20,000 bases of DNA from an uncultured virus (IMG/VR IMGVR_UViG_3300013845_000001) (Duplodnaviria > Heunggongvirae > Uroviricota > Caudoviricetes): IMG/VR virus record IMGVR_UViG_3300013845_000001, positions 108,565 through 128,564 of that record; one strand, written 5' to 3'. The position numbers and the translations under genes are program-made. Below the pieces are notes generated by a model, which saw only the letters and a program-made list of their open reading frames with translations, was not told where the DNA came from and ran no database searches. Shown here piece after piece: positions 1 through 6,500 of this stretch (the stretch's first letter is position 1; every line of letters starts with the position of its first letter).

Positions 1-31
1 TGGTATAGCGGCATTCATTAAAAACTACGGT
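1..31 (+). CDS. 3' end of upstream exon of phage tape measure protein (runs off window start)
   Basis: Frame 2 reads GIAAFIKNYG and ends in U31, followed by TAA at 32-34. Joins in frame to QLKDL at 3530 if 32-3529 is spliced out. Exon end TACGGT can pair with GCCTA (80-84), with a U31.G80 wobble and C28 bulged. Confidence 0.75.
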
Positions 32-614
32 TAACTCTGTAATAAGAGTTACGCTTAAATTTCCGAGGGATTTAAGTTGGCCTATCATGGGGAAGAATAT
101 ATCATAATGGCGATATAAACAATTCCATGGGACGAAAGTTTTAAAATAAAAAGAGGATTAATTGCTTGAAAGTGTAATGCTCACTACTCTTCTATTTTAG
201 AAGAAACCGAAAAATAAGGTAAATAAGTCAAACGGTTTACACACCGGAGTGAGATTTCTAGGGATAAAAAATAATTCCCGACAGATGTACAATCACCAAC
301 GAAGCAGCTAGCCCTATCTGTGTATCACGATGTATAATCCGATGGTAACAATTGCGCAAGCAATGTCGGGATAAGATCATTAATGATAGGGAGTGTTCAG
401 AGAGCACCACTCCTCACAGTACATGAAAGCCATATTTCATTGTGCTGTTAACGCATGTTCCAAAGTGTACACGATATCAACGCTTCACGAGGCGCTGGAT
501 ATTATAATGTTGTAAAAGATATGGGCTACAGCCTATCATTGAGCGTAATATGGAAAAGTTAATCGTTTCTATGTTATGTATCAAAATAGTTATGTAGATT
601 CTCCCATATTTTTA
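32..614 (+). ncRNA. Group I ribozyme core and peripheral helices
   Basis: P3 GAGGA 153-157/TCCTC 411-415; P4 TGCTT 163-167/AAGCA 302-306; P6a CCCTATC 312-318/GATAGGG 385-391; P7 G400,(A401 bulge),GAGCA 402-406/TGTTCC 456-461; P8 ACAGTACA 416-423/TGTGCTGT 441-448. P/Q/R/S-like motifs AATTGCTTGAAA, AAGCAGC, GTTCAGAGAGCA, ACGCATGTTCC occur in canonical order. Further helices extend to ~613 (515-525/603-613). Confidence 0.9.
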
Positions 615-721
615 AATAAAGTATTTATTCGCCTTTTTATATGATTGAATACTAATATAATGTACCATCCTATATATTGTTTGAATATAATACAATAAAT
701 CAAATGGAGATGTATAGAAAT

Positions 722-880
722 ATGACGAAAAAAATTATTAATTTGACCGAAGAAGGCGAAGCTCTAGGATATCCAAAAACTCCAGATTCTGAGATGATAG
801 AGATGGGTATATTTGATGGAAAGATAATCAATTTTATAAAAGTAATGTTTATAAAGATAGTTAAAATGATGAAAAGGTAG
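722..880 (+). CDS. Small hypothetical protein (52 aa; the track starts it at TTG 677), intron cargo
   Basis: GGAG at 706-709 upstream of ATG 722. Ends in a terminator-like hairpin. Contains YPKTPDSE. Confidence 0.5.
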   Translation: MTKKIINLTEEGEALGYPKTPDSEMIEMGIFDGKIINFIKVMFIKIVKMMKR

Positions 881-895
881 TCAATAGACTACCTT
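874..895. terminator. Probable bidirectional terminator between convergent small ORFs
   Basis: Perfect 9-bp stem AAGGTAGTC-aata-GACTACCTT overlapping both stop codons. Confidence 0.65.
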
Positions 896-1055
896 ATTCC
901 TCGTTCTTTTTATTTTTGTCGTTATCATTAACATGTTTAATTTCTGAGAACATCTCTACCACATATTCTGGTCTAGGCGTACTTGGATACTGTTCTCCTT
1001 TTTCATTGGTGTTATTAGTACTTGTCATCTTGATAACATTTTCATCGTCTGACAT
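894..1055 (-). CDS. Small hypothetical protein (53 aa, MSDDENVIKMTSTNNTNEKGEQYPSTPRPEYVVEMFSEIKHVNDNDKNKKNEE), not in ORF track
   Basis: Strong RBS GAAGGAGGAG just upstream of the ATG. Start overlaps the end of 1042-1623, suggesting translational coupling. Confidence 0.7.
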   Translation of the reverse strand: MSDDENVIKMTSTNNTNEKGEQYPSTPRPEYVVEMFSEIKHVNDNDKNKKNEE

Positions 1056-1623
1056 TTATTTCTCCTCCTTCTATATGAATATTTTGTATATTATTATTAT
1101 TTATAAATTTGGTCTCATAGTAATCAATACCGACACCGAATGTATACGATAAAATAGATACTGCGAAAGTGATGCATATGAAATAACTCAACGATTTATG
1201 TTTCATGTTCTTTGTAATGTTCACATTTCTATTATGAATGGCTTCATTAATAAAACATTCACAGAGCATATTATTTACATGTATATCTGCTTTTTTAATA
1301 TGCTTTTTATCTGTCATTTGATATGTTTGTGAGATCGCAACAGCCATATCTTTAATTGGGAAATAACTCATTTTATAGCCAGAGTATGCTTTATAAAACT
1401 TGTGCAAGCAAATTATAAATAAAATCGTTGACAAAGCGCAAAATATCAAGTAAACAATAGTACACCATGATAAAGAAAAACGAACAAATTGTGACCAAAG
1501 TAATATTTGTGCACTACCAAGTATTGTAAGAAACGTAATACAAGTATTAATTTTATTACTTAATCTATCGGAATATTCTATCTCCTTATAATATAAGTCT
1601 TTGTATTCTTCAAGCAATTCCAT
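1042..1623 (-). CDS. Hypothetical multi-pass membrane protein (193 aa), intron cargo
   Basis: About three hydrophobic segments. AAGGAG RBS. Upstream TGGTAAAAT extended -10. Confidence 0.85.
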   Translation of the reverse strand: MELLEEYKDLYYKEIEYSDRLSNKINTCITFLTILGSAQILLWSQFVRFSLSWCTIVYLIFCALSTILFIICLHKFYKAYSGYKMSYFPIKDMAVAISQTYQMTDKKHIKKADIHVNNMLCECFINEAIHNRNVNITKNMKHKSLSYFICITFAVSILSYTFGVGIDYYETKFINNNNIQNIHIEGGEINVRR

Positions 1624-1655
1624 ATGATGATGTTCTCCTTTGTATCATATGGAAT

Positions 1656-1697
1656 ATTTTACCATCGTCAATACAATAAAACAAGAAACAGATGTTT
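1656..1697 (-). promoter_or_regulatory. Sigma-A-like promoter of 193-aa gene with adjacent LexA-box-like palindrome
   Basis: TTGTTT (1684-1679), 17 bp, TG-G-TAAAAT (1664-1656). AAACAGATGTTT at 1686-1697 resembles the boxes at lexA and dinB. Confidence 0.5.
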
Positions 1698-1909
1698 GTC
1701 GATGAGGATATAAAATCGACATATTTCGACATTTATAATATTGAGTTAGTCATTAAGCTGTATATTAAAATAACATAAGCTGAACCCCTCTTTTATACTA
1801 CAATCTTGCGTCTTACTAGCTTCATTGTTTTCAAAATTTTTATACCTATCTGGAAATTTCTTCCACTCCATGATATAATAATTTTTAAAAGAGATACAGG
1901 AGGGATTGT

Positions 1910-3001
1910 ATGAAAAGGTTATTATCAATTGTATTAGTTTTTATTTTCTCTATTAGTTTACTCATGACGTCTTCTGCCGAAGAATATATGGGAGCATGGG
2001 TCACAGATGATATTGGAACTTGGTATCGATATAATGATGGAACATATCCTTCTTCCTGTTTTATAAAGAAAGATAGAAAACTTTATTATATTAATCAAGA
2101 TGGGTATGTAGCCCCTAATGTATCACTGTTTGGAGGATATCAAACAGATTCTCAAGGAACAGTTATAGGATATACTACTAAAAATAATGTCTATTCTTTA
2201 TTGCATACGTCTGATGGTTGGAGACAAGATGCAAATGGTTGGTGGTATCAATACCCAGACGGTTCTTACCCTAAAAATACTGATATTACTGTAAATGGTA
2301 AACTTTATTGGTTAGGAATTGACGGATATATGTTGCATGATTGTTATGCAAGAAATCATGGTTATTATGGAAGCGATGGCTCTTATGCTAATAAACTTGA
2401 TAAAAATGCAAAGATTACTATACAGCAACCAGCATCAGATACAAGAAGCGATGGAGCCGGGGTTGAAAATACATCGAATGAAGCTTTTCTTAATCTAGTC
2501 CATCCAGTCGATATAATAGGTGGCGGCTTTGTTGAAAATTATGTGGGTGGAATAAGTCCTAGCGTCGCTTTTAGAAACAACTCGGGTAAAGATATAAAAT
2601 ATGTAACCCTTGAAATGACACCTTATAACAGAGTTGGAGATCCTGTGAATTGTACAATCCGAAACTATTCAACAACAACATGTAGAGCCACGGGTCCATA
2701 CGCTCCTGATATGGGTGTTGGACAAGGAGCATATTCAATTACTTCTGGACTGGTACCAATATTTGATCATGATACAGATCACCCTTATTATTATACATCA
2801 CGCACTTTCGAAAAGAGGGAATTAGAAAAGGCAGCATATGCAAAGACATTTAATAACATGCCAGGTTGGGAAAATGTTTGGTATAATAGCAATATATATA
2901 AAATAAAAATCACAAAAGCTATTATTGATTATATGGATGGTACAAGTGACACAATATCCTCTTTAGATATTACAATGTTCCACGACGATTCCCTCAATTA
3001 A
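1910..3001 (+). CDS. Secreted protein with cell-wall (choline-binding-like) repeats, intron cargo
   Basis: Signal peptide. Repeats WYRYNDGTYP, GWRQDANGWWYQYPDGSYPKN, LYYINQDGY, LYWLGIDGYM. GGAGGG RBS and TGATATAAT at 1871-1879. Confidence 0.85.
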   Translation: MKRLLSIVLVFIFSISLLMTSSAEEYMGAWVTDDIGTWYRYNDGTYPSSCFIKKDRKLYYINQDGYVAPNVSLFGGYQTDSQGTVIGYTTKNNVYSLLHTSDGWRQDANGWWYQYPDGSYPKNTDITVNGKLYWLGIDGYMLHDCYARNHGYYGSDGSYANKLDKNAKITIQQPASDTRSDGAGVENTSNEAFLNLVHPVDIIGGGFVENYVGGISPSVAFRNNSGKDIKYVTLEMTPYNRVGDPVNCTIRNYSTTTCRATGPYAPDMGVGQGAYSITSGLVPIFDHDTDHPYYYTSRTFEKRELEKAAYAKTFNNMPGWENVWYNSNIYKIKITKAIIDYMDGTSDTISSLDITMFHDDSLN

Positions 3002-3032
3002 ACAAACAGTTAATTGATATAATATGAAATTC

Positions 3033-3066
3033 AAAAGACCTTTATCAACAAAGGTCTTTTTTCTTT
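3033..3066. terminator. Bidirectional intrinsic terminator
   Basis: AAAAGACCTTT-atcaac-AAAGGTCTTTT with A/T tracts on both sides, between convergent genes. Confidence 0.8.
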
Positions 3067-3472
3067 AAAATTTACTCCCACAATTATTGCATTTCCAAGT
3101 CTTACCGTTATCTCCCATGCCGAAAATTCCAAATGCAGCTATCTTTGCGACCTTTTTTGTTGCGGATATTTTAGAGAGGTTTGTGCTGCTACATGTGGGG
3201 CATTTTGGAATATTATTTTCTACCTGTTTTTGCGCCGCCCACATAGCCTCTTGCTCAGGAGTAGCTAAACCTACTGTTCTATTGCACTGAGGACAGATAT
3301 ATTCATTATTTTTTATTGAATAATTCATCTTGATCTTATTAGGCAACCCAAAATTACAATAAGGGCATTCTACTGTATTTTTTATTAGATCAAGATTAAA
3401 GCCACAATGTGGGCATGATTTTGCACTATCGCTAATATTATTATCGCATTCTGGACATTTAATTAAAGCCAT
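3065..3472 (-). CDS. Zinc-ribbon domain protein (135 aa), intron cargo
   Basis: Six CxxC motifs (CPEC, CPHC, CPYC, CPQC, CPTC, CNNC). GGGGGA RBS at 3481-3486. Confidence 0.85.
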   Translation of the reverse strand: MALIKCPECDNNISDSAKSCPHCGFNLDLIKNTVECPYCNFGLPNKIKMNYSIKNNEYICPQCNRTVGLATPEQEAMWAAQKQVENNIPKCPTCSSTNLSKISATKKVAKIAAFGIFGMGDNGKTWKCNNCGSKF

Positions 3473-3503
3473 AAATATATTCCCCCACTTATTATTTATG
3501 CAT

Positions 3504-3532
3504 ATTATACTTCTATTTATTGTTTAATGCAA
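3504..3532 (-). promoter_or_regulatory. Sigma-A promoter of zinc-ribbon gene, overlapping the intron 3' splice site
   Basis: TTGCAT (3532-3527), 17 bp, TATAAT (3509-3504). Confidence 0.7.
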
Positions 3533-6500
3533 CTTAAAGACCTCGGAAATCTTTCAAACGTTTTAAAGAATATAAATAGTAGTAACAATATAGCTGACAG
3601 TTTTAATGCTCTTGAAGTAAGTATGCAAAAGTGTGTGCTCGCCAGCGGAAAGTTAAGTGTTGCACAACTGGATGCAATAAATTCAGGTACCATATGGAAA
3701 ACCAACATTGATGGTACTATGGTTTCTGTATCAGGTCTTTCTAAGACTGAATTAGAAGCAGCAATTTCCACTACCACTCTCTCCGCTTCACAGACCACTG
3801 CAACAGCAACTACAACTGGATTCGGTACTGCCCTTAAAGGTCTTTGGGCAACCATGATGGCAAATCCTTTAATTGCAATAGGAATGGCCGTAACAGCTAT
3901 CTCAACAGCATGGAATATTTATAATCAGTCCATCGAAAAAACAAGACAAGCTTCAGCTGATGCGGCGGGCGCATTAAACGAAACCACCTCATCAATTAAT
4001 GATTATGCTGAAAAGTATAAAAAATTACACGATGAACTTGTCAAGGCAAACACTACCGAAGAACGACAGCATGAAATAAAAAGTGATCTTCTTGCGCTCC
4101 AACAAGAATTAAACGATAAGTACGGAGATGAGTACGGAAAATTAAATCTTGTTACAGATGCTTATAATGATCAGACCGATGCAATCTTGGCAAGAAATAA
4201 AGCCGCTGCACAAAATTACCTTCTTGAAAATAGAAAAGGTATAGCTGATGCGACTAAGCAAATGGAACAAGACCGTACCTATACGCTTGGCAGCACTGGT
4301 AATTTATCAAACGACTATGCAAAAGAAATATATAGTATAGCTTCAAAATACTCTAACCAGGGTATAAAACTAGAGTCTCTTAAAAATAACGGAGTAGATG
4401 CCTATACCATCAAGTTTTTTGGAAATGCCGAAAATGCAGAAAAAGTCATACGTAATCTCTCCAATGAGATTCAAGATCTTGGAAATAAATATGAAGACAA
4501 CAACTTCATCAATGGGTTCTTAGATAACTCAACAAATGCACTTAAAGAGAACCAAAAAATATTAGATAAATACGATGAAATATATAACTCCGCATTGATG
4601 TCTCAAATTGCCACTGATAACGAACTATCAGAAGGTTATAATAAGGCTACAAATGCCGTTAAAGCATATAACGATGCACTAATTTCTGGTGACGAATCTA
4701 AAATATTATCGGCAAGAGATGATCTTAGGGAAGTAAAAAATTCCATTGATTTAACAAGCGATAACTGGAAACGATATGGAAATGTAATGACTGATATTTT
4801 CGATCAGGCTAATACTGGACTATACGATTTTAGAGATGCGCTCTCTTCAAATAACGATAATATCAAAGATTATGCTAAAAATCTAAAAGGTTTATCAAAA
4901 ACAGATGTATTATCCATGGCAAATGATGGAAAAGATGATAGTTTTGATAAAATTGTTGAATCTGCCAATAAATATGGATTAAGTATTAACCAGGTCATTG
5001 ATGAATTGGTCAGATTGAAATTTGTTCAAGATGATGTAGCAAAATCTGGTGAAGTAGCATTCACTCCTCTCTCCAAGCAAGAAGTAATTTCAAACATCAA
5101 CTCTCTATCTGAAGGTTTTGAATCTTTAGATAAAATTATGAAGAGTATATCCGACAAAGATAATCCGTTTGACTATGCTCTACTAGATGACAAAAAGTTC
5201 AAAGATAATTTTAAAGACTTGGGAGAATCATATACCGATTTCGTTGAAAAAGTATCTTCTTCACCAAAAGATATTAATATCACAAAATCTGCATTCAATG
5301 ATCTCGTAACTACATGGATTGATAGTTCTGGTGTATTAAATGGACTTACAGACGAAAACGCCAATCTTGCTACTGCTATGCTTCAGAACATGGGTGTTGC
5401 TAATGCGGAAGAAGTTGTAATGTCTCGATTAGCAATTGCACAGGAGCATTTAGCTGCTGAAAAAGCTTATACGGCAGAAGTAAGTAATGACCTCGCAAAT
5501 GCTACCGCCAGTGAGATTCCAGGAATCATAGATGAGGCAACTCAAAGTGATATCGCTAAGGTTGCGCTTGCCGGGCTGGTATTAGAGAAGGAATTTTTCA
5601 ATGGAAATGCACTTGATACTAGTGGAGATATTCAAAATATCATCTCTCTTATCGGGGTCATCGGTACTGCCAATACAGCACTCAAAGCGTTAAATACCTT
5701 GAAAGCCGGTGGAAATGTAGGAGGCAATATTGGGGGAAAAGAAGGCTATGATGCTCTTGTAAGAAACGCACAACAGGAAGTAGATGAAGCAATAAAGGCT
5801 GCTTCTGAGTATAAGGGCAAGGGTTCAAGTGTCAACGCATCGTATACAGGTGGTACAAAAACAAACAAGCCCTCTTCTGGTTCTAAAAAAGATAAAAAAG
5901 ACACCGAGAAACCTATTGACTGGATTGAGCGACAGCTAAAATTGCTTAAAGATAAAAGGTCAGAACTGGTCAGTAAAATTTCTGACACCTATTCTGCATT
6001 TTCCACAGCTACGCATGATCAAATTCTGGAGCTGGACAAAACACTCATTGACGAATATGCAAACGCAGTTAATCAGTATCAGCAGGAATATGATAAAGCT
6101 GTTAGTAAAATATCGGCTCAAAACAAAGCAAAAATAGAAAATGGGTCTATGTCTGTAGACACTCTTTCTGGTACTGAATTAGAAAATGTGCAATCAGCAA
6201 TGGACGCTTATGATAAACTCGCTGGTACACAGAAGGAACAATCTGAAGCACAAAAAACGCATCTAGATGATATAAAGTCTAAATATGATGCTATTTCAAA
6301 ATCTATTGAGAATGAAAACAATAAATTAAAAGATTCTAATTCTATACTAGAAAGCCAGATGGAATATTACAAGTCATCTGGTATTGTTATCGACTCTTCA
6401 TTTTACGACAGGCTTATTCGGAATACGTCAGGATTAATTTCTAATGCCAGAGATACAATTAGTAATAAACGAGCGGAATTAAGGGATCTGCTTGCTAATG

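Larger units (their letters stand above)
32..3529 (+). mobile_element. Large (3498 nt) group I intron in the tape measure gene, carrying cargo genes
   Basis: Core at 153-461, 5' splice site after U31, terminal G3529. P10 pairing TTTAAGTTG (71-79) with CAACTTAAA (3530-3538). Exon ligation is in frame. Confidence 0.85.

Noticed and set aside
32..614. Alternative identity as a large phage ncRNA (ROOL/GOLLD-type) or group II intron
   Set aside because: The P3/P4/P6/P7/P8 pseudoknotted core and splice-site pairings are specific to group I. No GUGYG start or domain V seen.
916..1152. 78-aa + strand ORF
   Set aside because: Antisense shadow of two minus-strand genes with strong RBSs.
1746..1928. 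60-aa minus-strand ORF
   Set aside because: Overlaps the promoter and start of 1910-3001, with no RBS.
3065..3472. Zinc-ribbon ORF as the intron's homing endonuclease
   Set aside because: No HNH, GIY-YIG or LAGLIDADG motif visible, only CxxC pairs.
3527..3529. ATG as independent start of a 1649-aa TMP
   Set aside because: No RBS upstream (TTCTATTTATTGTTTA). The G fits the intron terminal G given the 9-bp P10 and the in-frame join.
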